From Negaprion brevirostris (Eukaryota), in the NCBI GenBank assembly GCA_030324005.1, contig JARDVH010000001.1:143132000-143195999 (forward strand): DNA of 64,000 nt, read 5' to 3'. Below the pieces are notes generated by a model. It saw only the letters and a list, made by a program, of their open reading frames with translations. It did not search any database and was not told where the DNA came from. Shown here piece after piece: positions 52,071 through 64,000 of this stretch (position 1 is its first letter; the number at the start of each line of letters is the position of its first letter). Made by a program: the position numbers and the translations under genes.

Positions 52071-53439
52071 ACGATATCTGAGTACTACAGGGAGCCCTGC
52101 ACCTATTTCAAGGATGTTACCACTGTTTGGAGCCAGTTTTCCAGATTATTCTTCCCTATCCCTTGTATCAGTGTATCTATAATTCTGCATTCCAGCTAAC
52201 TTGATCTGAACTAGAGAGACATTTTTTCTATAGATTTCTTTGATTGGGACAGTCTCACTGTCTTCAAACAGTCTAGAAACCCAGTCTGCTCTGCCATGTC
52301 TTAATCAATATTTATTTTCAGATTCTTGTTAGCTTTTAGTAAATCAAACACTAATCATTTAAAAATACTAAGAAATAATGACTGTTAAACCACTGTTTAA
52401 ATCTGCAACTCTATAGCTTACTTTTGCACAAACATCAGAATTAAAGGAAAAAAGAAGTACCTTCTGCACCAAATTTCTACACGTGAAATTCCAAACTTAC
52501 TACCCTGTTGCCAATGCCATCTGTTAACATTGCACCCTTTTGCACTCTGTGCTTCAGCTTTGGGGCTCCTTTGAAAAAAAGAGTGTAAGCGTTCGCTTTA
52601 AAATTTATGTTCTGTTGGACTGANNNNNNNNNNNNNNNNNNNNNNNNNNNNNNNNNNNNNNNNNNNNNNNNNNNNNNNNNNNNNNNNNNNNNNNNNNNNN
52701 NNNNNNNNNNNNNNNNNNNNNNNNNNNNNNNNNNNNNNNNNNNNNNNNNNNNNNNNNNNNNNNNNNNNNNNNNNNNNNNNNNNNNNNNNNNNNNNNNNNN
52801 NNNNNNNNNNNNNNNNNNNNNNNNNNNNNNNNNNNNNNNNNNNNNNNNNNNNNNCTAACATTTTACCTACAACAGACGTTAAACTAACCGGCCTATAATT
52901 CCCTGCCTTTTGCCTGCCACCCTTCTTAAAATTTCTCAGAACTCCTCAAAATTATCACTTTCTAAATCCATGGCCATTTTGCCTGGAACACTCTCTTAAT
53001 CCTTTGCATCAAGTGTCTAAATAAGCCACGTTACTGATATGATTCTTAGGTTTCCAATGAAATCCTGTGACTCCGACAAACGTAAATAATCCCTTCTCAA
53101 CATATCTGCAGTTTTTGTCACAATTGACAACACAACGCCTCTAGTTTTATAAGGCTATTTAATAAGGTGAGAAGGAAACCAGTTACCCTAACATCCATTT
53201 GCCTCCTCATCATCTAGCTGGATGTAACTTCTCTCACTGGGTCCCATTTTTATCTGTTCTGTCATAGCCAGAGAATAACTTACTGGTTTCTATTTCTACA
53301 TTAGCATTCATACCTCCGTTGCCCCCTAAGCATCTTTCCTTGGTCCCTGCCTATTTTGCCACCAACAAATTGCCAATTGCCATTATCCAAAAAAACATAG
53401 TGCTGGTTCTCGCTTCTCACTATGGTGTCCTAATTCCAA

Positions 53440-54295
53440 CCATCTTCAGCTACTTCATTAATGGCCTTCCTTTAAGCTCAAAGTGGAGGTGTTTGTTGAT
53501 TGCACGTCTTGAGTATGATTTGTGACGACTGAGGTACTGCCCACATGCAGCAAGACCTGGACAATATTCAGGCATGGGGTGAAGTGAAAAGTGGTAAGAA
53601 ACATTCATACCACATCATGCTCAAAAAGAAAGAACCTAATCATCTCCCTTAGTCATTCAGTGCCATTACCATTGCAGAGGACCCCATCCATGACCGTTTG
53701 GTTGGGAGGGGGCTGCATGTTCGTTTTGTTCAGAAACTGAACAGGACCAACTGCATAGGTACTGTGGAAAGAATGCCACATTATTGGCTGCAAGACTACT
53801 GCAAGTATCTTGACTCAACTCCCAGAACTTGCCCACTACCACCTGAAAGGCACAAGTTAGTGTGATGGAATATTCTTTCCTGGGTGAGTATAGCTCCAAC
53901 AGTACTCAAGTTCTACACTATCCAGGACAAAGCAGCCTGCTTGGTCATCCTCCTCCTTCCATTACAGGCTCACAGGCAGCAGTATGTTCATTGCAATGGC
54001 TCACCAAGCCTTCAGCAGCACCTTCCAAATGCATAAACTCTACCACCTAGAAGGCAGAGTTCAGCAGACACATGGGAACACCAGCACCTGAGTTCTGCTT
54101 CAAACTACACGTCATCCTGTCTTAGAACTGTCACTGTTTCTATTGCTGGGCCAAAAACCTAGAAGTCACTTCCTACCAGCACTCTGGGTACCTACACCAG
54201 ATGGACTGCAGTGGTTCAAGAAGGAAACTCACTACTGCCACCTTCAGAGAAATTAGGGATGGGCTGCAAATGCTATCTTGCCAGTAACATATTTC
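53440..54295 (+). mobile_element. LINE 3' fragment (...AAATGCT...GCCAG family)
   Basis: RT relic PTIFSYFINGLP, then AAGGCACAAGT.AG.GTGATGGAATA and the tail AATTAGGGATGGGC..CAAATGCT. Confidence 0.7.
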
Positions 54296-57154
54296 ATAAA
54301 GTTTAAATGTATGCTGCTCTACCTCACCACTACCCCTCTGAATCCTTCTCCAGTGTTGTGTTGTTTGACTTGGCATCCAATTAAATCCTGGGAACAAGAG
54401 AGATCTGTGCCTTTGGCCCCTGCTGCAAACTTTTCCTTAGCCAACACTTCTATTCCCCTCCTGGATGACTGCCTTGAGGCTGAACTAAATGGACATTGGT
54501 AATAATACTTGGCCATGAGTTGAGCTACCATGAAACACTGTCAAGATTGCTATTTCAGCCTCTTAACATCAGCCAACCTGCCCTTGCCTCAGCTTATCTG
54601 CTGTTAAAACAATAACCTTAATTTTGTTAAACACTAGAAGATTCAGGTCTTAATGTGTGCCCAGTTGGCATCCCATGTTCTACCCTCCATAAATGTAAAG
54701 TTATCCAAAAGTGCTGACCGTGGTTGCTTGTCTATACTGGCTCTTGGTTAAATAACACCTTGATTTTAAAAACTTTTGGCTTTTTTTCCAAATCCTTCCA
54801 TGATCTTTGTCTTCTAGTTCTCTGATCTCACTCCTTCATATCCTCCACTATCTGTTTAATTGTTGCACTTTTGGCAGGGGTGTCTTCAATTGTCAACACT
54901 CTTCGCTCCGGAATCCTCTCCTATAAACCTTCCTCAAGAAATTCCTTAAAATCTAACATTTTGGTCAGCTGCCCAAATATCACCTGATATAGCTCCAACA
55001 AATTTTGTTTTTGCTCTTGTGAAGCACTTTGGGAAAATTAATGTTAAAGATGTTATATAAATCAAGTTTTTGATGTAATGTGTAAGTTCTGGACACACTT
55101 GTAACTAAAATTTCTAATGTGTTCTTTGAGACCTTAACCATACAGGCAACAGGAGACAGTTTGCTGAAGTAACTCAGGAAGTTTTAATAATTTATGAATT
55201 AATGATTATCAAAACAGGGCAGGACTTCACTAGCATATTATGGTTCTTGCTTCCCAGTTCAGCCTTGGGCGCAGGTTGACGTTCGGTCTCTGTTCTCTCC
55301 TAGTAACTTCTGCGCCCTGTTGACAGCAGGCTCTATAAACTTCAGCTTCGATCTTGCTGCTCACCTTAGTCAGTGAAAGTTGCTGCTTTTTAACTCTTTC
55401 CAAGTCACGACCCACTGTGTGATCAATGATATTGCATTCTGATCTAAATGAGTTGGGGTTGCTTCCTAATTGGCTTAAAGGGTGCATAATTAATCTGTGA
55501 TTGGTCTGGGTGGTGCATAATCAGTTTCTGATTCATTTCTAGAGGGTAACGGTGATCTATTGATGTCATCTTGCAGTATCTCCTGACTGGTTCCTTACAA
55601 TGCCAATTACTTATAGGATCAACCTCCTTTGTTAAAATTTGTTTCCTTTACTTAAGATCAAAGGATGTGTTATAATATTTTCCTTGCCTGTTTAATTATG
55701 ATAGGAGGAATATGCTCTCATGCCCTCATGATTGATATCATAAGTTCATCTCAGTCTTTGTTTAATTGGTATTAAATCAGACCGCTGTCACATGATTGTT
55801 TTTAGAGGCCATTTGCTCGGTGATTTGTCCCCCCACTCCCTGAAGTGGACGTTATTTGGAATGAGTTACTTTACTTTTGAAAGGATAGAAAAAAATTACA
55901 AGGTACTAATAAAACTATCACAAAATAAATAGTACTGAAAAGGTCTTGCAAAGTGTATGAATATCAGTGCCTAGCATTATTGGTGTTTAAAATCGCTTTA
56001 GAATGGTTTTGATGTCAGCTCTATTTGAGAAAAGACAGCATGTGATGTCTGGGAATATAGGTTCATCAGTCTAGATGTCTTAATTTATCTGTAGGTATCC
56101 GTATACCCTGTAGAACTTAATTAAAACAAGCACTAATCAATGTGTTTTAGTTGAGAAACTCCTTTGCCATGATATGTTTTTATTATCTGTCAATGCTTGG
56201 TAAAAGTCAATTTAAAAATGCAGGATAATTTTGCAAAACTTGCAAAGTTGCATGGATTACACAAGTTTGTATAAAATGCATACAAGATCAGTGCTTTGAA
56301 GGTGATTGTTGTGTTAAATATAACAACAATTTCAACAAATGCATATTCCTAAGTAATAAACATTTTTTTAAAAATTACAGTCAGTAAAGGTAGTTACAGA
56401 ACTAAATTCTAGACTTACAAAATCAAAAATGGTTACCTACTGTGAAAGAAAGTGACTTCTTGTAAACATCACGAGTTAAATTGCACCAATTTAGTGCACA
56501 AGGCTAATATTTTAATAGCTTTTTTCTTTGCACAATAGGTCTTTCAATTTAGAGATCACAATTGATAAGTTTTAATTGCTAAGGAGGTGGATAGTTCACA
56601 CCTGTGTTGTTCAATCTTGTCATCTTGCATCACTGGTTTAAGGGCCAAGTGTTTTTTCTCTCATCAAATGCGAGGGTGATGCTAACAAAGACCACGTCAT
56701 GTGATAAGCTACTGTCCCAGAATTCAGCAGAAAATCATATTAGGTTGGCATACTTCGATTATTTGTCTAATGCCTATAACTAAACTACAAACTAATTTTA
56801 TCAAACAGCTTTTCTACAAATGGTCTCCACATTGGTGAGTACTGAACAAGGGATGTAAATATAACATAACCACTAGTTGCTCCACCAAAACACCCACTTT
56901 ATTCTTACCACTATCACAGAAAACGAAACTTGCCAGAAGGAATGGCATGGCTGAGGCAGGTAGCATTGTCACAGTTTAAGCTTATTGTTTGCTTGAGGGA
57001 GCCGGGAACAGAAAGACATGGAAGATGTGTAGAGGTAAATAAAAAGTGGTGTATGATGCTTTCATAGTCGAGTTGCGCCAAATAGCCCATTTGTGGTCTG
57101 GATTATATGGCATGAAGCATTATTGTAAAATATTCTGTCTTTTGTGACTTTCAG

Positions 57155-57327
57155 AATCTGCTCCAAGCTCTCCTAGGGTGGGAAGTCCTGTTGATGCCAA
57201 AAAAAATGTTGAAACCAATAATCTTCAGACAATGTCTAAGGGACTTTCTACAAGTTTGCCTGATCTGGAATCTGATCCTTGGATAGAAGTGAAAAAGAGA
57301 CACCGTCCATCACAACTCAATCCAAAG
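57155..57327 (+). CDS. LARP1B: LARP1B coding exon 10: (E)SAPSSPRVGSP...GLSTSLPDLESDPWIEVKKRHRPSQLNPK
   Basis: TTTCAG acceptor, AAG|GTGCAT donor. Conserved SAP.SPR and GLS.SLPDL Ser-rich motifs. Confidence 0.95.
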
Positions 57328-57364
57328 GTGCATATGCATTTTGCCCTCATCTATAAATAGTGTA

Positions 57365-57650
57365 CTTGATTTTGATTTGATTTATTATTGCACGCTACAC
57401 AGACAAAGCATACCATGCTTGGAGAAGGAAATGAGAGCGTGCAGAATGTAGTGTTACAGTCATAGCTAGGATGTAGAGAAAGATCAACCTGATACAAGGT
57501 GGGTCCGTTCAAAAGTCTGATGGCAGCAGGGAAGAAGCTGTTCTTAAGTCAGTTGGTACATGTCCATAGGCTTTTGTATCTATTTCCTGATGGAAGAAGG
57601 ATGAAGAGAGTATGTCTGGAATGTGTGGGGTCCTTTATTATGACATAATG
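57365..57650 (-). mobile_element. Rex1/Babar LINE 3' end
   Basis: Minus strand reads LLPSGNRYKSL...LKNSFFPAAIRLLN, followed by AATAAA and an (AAATC)n tail. Confidence 0.8.
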
Positions 57651-59289
57651 CCGGACCCCTTGGTGCCAAAACTGTTAAGCCATCAGTGTGCTATTTATTG
57701 AATTATATATTGTGAAGCGCTGTGGGGTCTGTACCAAATGTAAACTTATTTCTTAGACAAAACAGGCTATATTCCATATAGCCTTGACTTCCTGTCTTCT
57801 GATATACAATCTTTGAGACTCAACAATTGCTTTTTGGCTTGTTGCCTAGACTAATGTCCGCAGTTAGGATGCAGAGTGTATTGAGGAGATGTAGTATAGT
57901 TTAAAGTGTAACCAGAAATTTGCTTACTGAAAAAGCATTTTTGTAGGCAACTAACTTGTCCAGTAGTCGAATCGATATTGAATAGTTGGGGATAGCTTTT
58001 CCATTTGTCAGTATCAAATACACTGATGTACCCAGTGTAATATTTTGTATTTACTATTCTCAATCTTGTCAAAAGGTGCACAATTACTGGTAGTTTGTAT
58101 TTCAGGTTCGTTTTCATTGAAACTATCTAAGCTAATTTCAAGTAGGAGTCCTTACCATTTATTAAAAGAGGAGACTTTTCATCATAACAACCTGTTGCGC
58201 ACGCACTTTAGGTTCCTGGGGTTAAATTGTGTTTCCGATCTTGAATTTTAAATTTTTCCTTTTAATCTCGAGCTGCTTTTAGTTTAGCAATTCTGTAATG
58301 TTTATAGTATATATTGCATTATTTAATCCACTTGATAACATTCTGTCAGTTAAATAGAACACTGGTTTAGAACTTCAAAAAAGTTCAATTCATCGCTATA
58401 AAGCGGTGCCAATCTTGTTGAAACCAGTGGGCCAGATCGTCTGTCAAAAATTAGAGTGGACTAGAGTTATGAGAAACTTGATGACAACGATGTCCCAACC
58501 TTTATGGAATCCTTGGTGGGCGTCGTTTCTGAACAATCGTCATTAAATTGCGCGCACACACGTACCAGAGAGAGCAAGCAAGAGCACACTCAGTTGCACT
58601 TGCTCACTCGCTCTCATGCACGTGCTCTCGATCGCTGTCTCTGGTATGCGTGTGTGCAATTTAATAAGCATTCATCATTGGCTGTGTGACCACAAGTTCC
58701 TATGTGATATGCCTGTGTTGGCTCTTTGCTATCCAATTAGTTCCAGCTCCTTCCTCCTACCCCTTCATTTCTCCTTTTCAAGTCTTGTCCAAGACCCTTT
58801 TGAAAATTATTGTTAAATCTGCTTGTATCACTGTTTCAGACAGTGTATTTGCTGCATCATCAGTCATAATTCGCTGCATCAGAAATATTTTACCATTTCA
58901 CCTCTTGCTCATTTGCTATTACTTTAACATGCAGCTCCTTTGGTTAACGGTCCTTCTGTTAGTGGGAACGAACCTTTTGTGATTTTGGTCATCTCTATTA
59001 TATCTGTCTTTAATCTTCCCTTGTGTAAGAACAATCCCAGGTTTTCTACTGTCGTCCTTTAACTGTCAACCGCTGTACCATCTTAAATTCCTGCATCCTA
59101 TGCAAAATTGCGCAGCAGCATTACATGGTCAGTCTCATTTCTGAAATATTAATTGAGCAATGAGCCACCCAGACAAAAGCATTTAAGACTCTCTTTATTT
59201 AAGATAAATTAACTCTTTTCCAAAAGCTAAGTCTATAGTTCATAACTACATTGTAACCTTTGATGTAGCACGCAATGTAAAATAAGAGC

Positions 59290-61615
59290 TCTTGTTATCG
59301 GGAGTAACACTTGCCTGGATAGGAGATTGGTTAGCTAATTAAAAAAAAGTATAAATGGTCGTTTTCAGGTTGGCAAGGTATGACAAGTGGTGTGGCACAA
59401 GGATCAATGTTGGGGTCTACACTTTTTACAATTTATATAAGTCACGTGGATGAAGGCATCAAATGTATGGTTGCTAAACTGGCTAATGCCACAGTTAGGT
59501 AGAAAAGTAAATTGGAAAGATGACAATAATACGGAGCTTGCAACAGTTAAGTAGGTAGACAAACAATCCTTTTGAGTATAATGTGGGAAAATATGAACTT
59601 GTCCACTGGCAGAAAGAATAGAGAAGCTGTATATTATTTAAAGAGACAAGATTGCAGAACTCGGTTGTACAGAGGGCCATTGGTGTGCTGGTACATGAAT
59701 CTCAAAGTTGGTGTGTAGGTACAGCAAGTAATTAGAAAGGCAAATGGAATGTTATTGCTTATTGCAAGAGAATTGGAATATAAAGGTTGGGGTTTTTTGC
59801 CACAGTTGTACAGTGTTGGTGAGACCTAGTTCATTTTATAACTGGGCAGGGAAGATTCCACAACTTTTTTTTATTAAAAAGTGGAAGAACAGAGTCACAG
59901 GATCACTAATTAGTTTTAACAACAAGGAAAAACCATTTTAAATATGGAAAAATTGGATTGCAGCACAAACTCCTTTATCCCCTCCCCCTTTAAATTACAC
60001 AGATTTTAAGACTAACATGGATTACTAAGCATATCTTAAGCTGCAACAGTTTTAATAATACAACGTCCCTTCAAACACACAAGATGACTGTAGTCAGATA
60101 CACTCCGAACCTCAAGTGAAATGCAATGAATACACTGACCCCCAAGTGAAATGTTTTAAAAAATATTCCTTCGTACTAAAAGTAGCTTGCATTCCAAATC
60201 AGTCCAAGCTTTACAAATGGCTCTAAAGCTTCTGCTCTACTTTTAACAGTGAATTTAATATCCAGGTTTTACACTATTCCTTTAGGATTTCTTTGTCGGC
60301 ACTGCTGTTTAAACTATTCACAGTTGCTTTAACACTTGATTTCTCCAAATTGCATCAAACTTTAGATTTATGTCTGGAGCCTGTTTTCCCACTTTACATC
60401 TGGTTACTGTAGTTGTCTCTCTTAAATAAGAACATTTAGTTTAGTCTTCCTTGAATCCTTCTGGAACAATACCTTGGTCTCTATTCCCTTAACATCAGTC
60501 ATCTTAAGACATTCTTTCTGTCCCAATTCCCAGATTATCTGGATAGTAACTTCTTTTGGGAAACCTGCCTCTTTGCAGCTCCCATCCAGTCTAGACTTCT
60601 GGTAGAGTTGAAAGATGTTCACTTCTTGGTGTCCTCCTTCAACTGCCAGCTTTTGTTGTCCTAAAAGGACCTCTACTTGCTTAGCAGCGGCTGCATAATT
60701 CTGCTGGCCTATTTACTCTTCACGCCATAGCTCCCTCTAAGCACAATAGAAACACAATTGCATTTAACAACCCCACCTAACAACACCTTTGTCCAGCATG
60801 AATGTAACTAGGTTTTATCTTGCCACAGAAACATGAAATTAAACCCACTCAAAACTTACCTTATTTCTAATGTTTACCAATGCAAATACACCTCTTAAAA
60901 CTGCCTAACACCACATCTGGAATACTGTGTACCGTTTTGGTTTCCTCCTTTAAGAAAGAATATAAATGCATTAGAAACAGTCAGTGAAAGTTCGCTCAGC
61001 TGATACCTGGGCTATCTGAAAGGTTGGACTGACAGAGGTTGGATCCATTTGGAGTGAAGAATGAAAGGTAATCTTATTGAAACATACTGGATCTTGAGGT
61101 GACTTGACAGGTTGGATGTTGAGAAGATTTTCACCTTGGGAGGGATGAGAACTAGGGATACAGCTTAAAAATGAATTTCCCATTTAAAACTGAAGTGTGA
61201 AATTATTTCCAAGGACTGAAACTCTTTAACACTCTCCCAGAGAGTTTGAAGGCAGGCATATGGTCATTGAATATTTTTATGGCAGACGTAGGGCAGAAGT
61301 CTGAGTAGTGTTGAAGAGCAGAAGGATCTTGGGGTCCGGGTCCACAGGACNNNNNNNNNNNNNNNNNNNNNNNNNNNNNNNNNNNNNNNNNNNNNNNNNN
61401 NNNNNNNNNNNNNNNNNNNNNNNNNNNNNNNNNNNNNNNNNNNNNNNNNNGATCGGCGCAACTCGTGGGCCGAAGGGCCTGTTTGTGCTGTAGTGTTCTA
61501 TGTTCTATTAATGGCTAACAGGGAGTTGGAGGTTACCGGGGGAGGCAGGAATGTGGAGTTGAATCAGCTATGATCTTATTGACTGTCGAGAAGTCAAGTA
61601 GCCTATTCTTTGTTT
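59290..61615 (+). mobile_element. CR1 LINE fragment split by a 1.08-kb insertion, with a second CR1 piece nested near 61300-61507
   Basis: GTGGTGTGGCACAAGGATCA RT relic. The halves rejoin as GGTGAGA/CCACATCTGGAATACTGTG. Two CR1 tails at about 61450-61507 and 61560-61612. Confidence 0.75.
59827..60910. mobile_element. Unclassified 1.08-kb insertion, possibly a solo LTR
   Basis: Cleanly interrupts CR1 coding sequence, ends in ...TAACA, and has no recognisable ORF. Confidence 0.45.
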
Positions 61616-61653
61616 GTATAAAATAATGAAAATCTAATTTTGTTTATTTGTAG

Positions 61654-62010
61654 GAAAATGAGTCATCCAAACCTCAACAAGCTCACAAAGTGGAGCAAGA
61701 AGAGCAAGAGGAATTGGATTTCATGTTTGATGAAGAAATGGAGCAGATGGAAGGACGCAAGAATACCTTCACTGATTGGTCAGATGATGACTCAGACTAT
61801 GAAATTGATGATCGTGATGTGAACAAGATCCTGATTGTAACTCAGACCCCTCCACACATGCGCAAACACCCGGGTGGTGACCGTACTGGAAATCATGTTT
61901 CACGAGCAAAAATTACAACAGAGTTGGCAAAAGCTATCAACGATGGCTTATATTACTACGAACAAGACCTTTGGATGGAAGAAAATGGGCCAGAATATTC
62001 AACAATAAAG
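61654..62010 (+). CDS. LARP1B: LARP1B coding exon 11: ENESSK...EELDFMFDEE...HPGGDRTGNH...INDGLYYYEQDLWMEE...STIK (gene continues beyond window)
   Basis: TTTGTAG acceptor, AAG|GTGAAT donor, 357 nt, phase 0 to 0. Highly conserved LARP1-family block. Confidence 0.97.
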
Positions 62011-62799
62011 GTGAATTACAGGCTGGCTATGTATTATGAATCTTTTTAATTTGTAGCTATATTAAATGTAATTGTTTTTGTGTAATGAGGTGTCGCTGAT
62101 AAAGAGACCATCAAATGTATGTGCCAAATTTTATTATACCTTAAATCAAATATTCTGTTAAGTCCTATTTGTGATGGTGTGCTCAGCATACGAAAATACT
62201 TTTTATAAAAACCCAAACCTTTCAAAATGATGTATGGTGTATTGACCTACATTTGAGCGTGACCTGTTTCTCCCTTTCTATTTTTAATTTCGTTGGAATT
62301 CAACCCAATCTTCTGGAGCGAAGACATGTCTATCTCATTATTTGACACTTGTCCAATGGAATGTTGTCACTAGAGCTAACTATTACATTATAGTCTTTGT
62401 ATAATATATAAATAATACTTACATTGAGAACAAGCAGCATGTAAAAGAATGAAAAATGTTAAAATATAATTTAGCCTTGTACTCATCCATAACCAATACA
62501 GAAGAAATACTTAGTTCTGAATGGGAAGATGGGAAATATAAATTGGGGAAAAATTAGTATCCGTGCCACAAAATTTGAGCATTATTGAGCCTTTATCTTT
62601 CTTTTCTCCACTTGAAATTTACTTGCAGTTGGGGATGGATGTAATGCCTGGAGTGAAACACCTGAAATGAATTCTCAATTTGAAGTTGGTATCTATAATT
62701 TACTGTCTCTTCAATGGGGTGTCTCGTCACATGAAAAATGTTGCTTTGTTGAATTTGATCTTAAAGCGAGGCTTCACCTAAAGGAGGAAGGGTCCAAAT

Positions 62800-63090
62800 G
62801 CCTTGACCATTTTTTCCCCTCAGTCCATACTACCAAAAACAAACCACTTATTCACCTCATTTGGTAACTTACCAAATTACCCTGTGTCCCATGTGCATTT
62901 GCTGCCTTTACAAGTCTCCCATGTGACACCTTGTCGAAAGCTCTGTTGAAATTCGTATAAGCTACATCAACTACATTACCCTCATCTACACACCTGGTCG
63001 CCTCAAAAAATTCAGCCCAATTTGTTAGGCATGACGTCCCTCTGACGAAGCCATGCTAACTGATCAAACTTTGCCTCTACAAGTGGAAGT
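62800..63090 (-). mobile_element. CR1 RT fragment
   Basis: Reverse of the VDVAY.NF.RAFDKV.H motif (ACCTTGTCGAAAGCTCTGTTGAAATTC...ACATCAAC). Confidence 0.7.
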
Positions 63091-64000
63091 TTGGTAACAG
63101 TGGCCACCATATTTGCCTACTAAAAGTTGTTTCACTGCAAAGTAATTACACATAAAAGCATTTGGAATTTTTGCAGTTTGATTTTAAAAAGTGCTTCTTG
63201 TAGTGTGCTTTGTTTGAATAGAATGGCTCTAGATTGACTCCTATGTCAGTCCCAAAATTATTTTCATTGAAATATCATGTAAATAAAATGAATCGAATCA
63301 CTGCTGTCAACCACCCCCTCTGATATTACAAGATCAGCTCCTTGGGAAGGTGATCAGATGTGAAGTTGTAGACCTAACAAGGCAACAGTTTGGAGGCCTA
63401 ATTTTTTCATAAGCTGTTTTAGCATCAAGTGTGGCTTTCTCATCCTGCTTTTTTTTTGCCAATATTTGAGTTCTAATAGGGTAGAATTCACATCACTAAA
63501 TTTTATTGGCCAAAATTATTCCGTGTCAGTGCTTGTTTTACTCTTTAATTCTGCTCAAATGTGCTGCATTGCACTTCCTTGTAAATGCTAATGCCAGAGG
63601 GATACATAACCACTTTATCGGCATAACAGTTGATGGGAAGTATCCATTTCTAACTTGGAAATTTTGATTATAATATTGGTCTTCATAATGAAAAAGGGAA
63701 TTGTGTTCACTTGGTTCCTCCTCCCCACCACCACCTAACTTCACCTTCTTGAGCAGGAAACCAAGAATGGGAAGGAGTTAGTCTGATTGCGAGCAGCAGG
63801 GTGACAAGCAGAGGTAGTAGGCATTACAGCCCCTTTGCGGCTCACTATTTGAAGCCAAATTCTGTAGAACAAGGAAACCAGGAGAATGAAACTTGATGCC
63901 TGTGGCCAGTCAGGTCACAACAAGAGAGAGAGGCTCAGAAAAGGTGTAATGCAAGAGCTGCCATGATTGTTATAAAGAAAACTAAAATGGTCTTGTTGAT

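Noticed and set aside
55120-55800. Possible LTR or DNA-transposon remnant
   Set aside because: I could not identify termini, a TSD or a second copy.
1-64000. CRISPR array, operon or prokaryotic defence system
   Set aside because: The window is spliced vertebrate DNA with no regularly spaced repeats and no intact non-host ORFs.

Overview
Vertebrate genomic DNA, most likely from a shark or other elasmobranch (inferred from HE1/V-SINEs, CR1, Deu-type SINEs and Penelope repeats), in a gapped draft assembly. The window holds the 5' two-thirds of one + strand spliced gene, LARP1B (La-related protein 1B). It comprises a CpG-island promoter region, a non-coding first exon and 11 coding exons (1522-62010, about 674 codons). 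All introns are GT-AG with consistent phases, and the protein covers the RG-repeat, La motif, PAM2 and central conserved region. The DM15 exons lie beyond the window. The introns are filled with decayed retroelements. I found no prokaryote-type system or CRISPR array, and I cannot support a wholly new biological system. The most notable points are a LARP1-like N-terminal extension on this LARP1B, a complete but decayed Ty3/Gypsy element with both LTRs and a tRNA-Leu PBS that the ORF track misses, Penelope ends with hammerhead relics, two V-SINE tail types, an unexplained 124-nt hairpin, and an assembly gap that fakes a frameshift in a coding exon. Homology calls rest on manual translation and recalled sequences, not database searches. 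Repeat boundaries are approximate.
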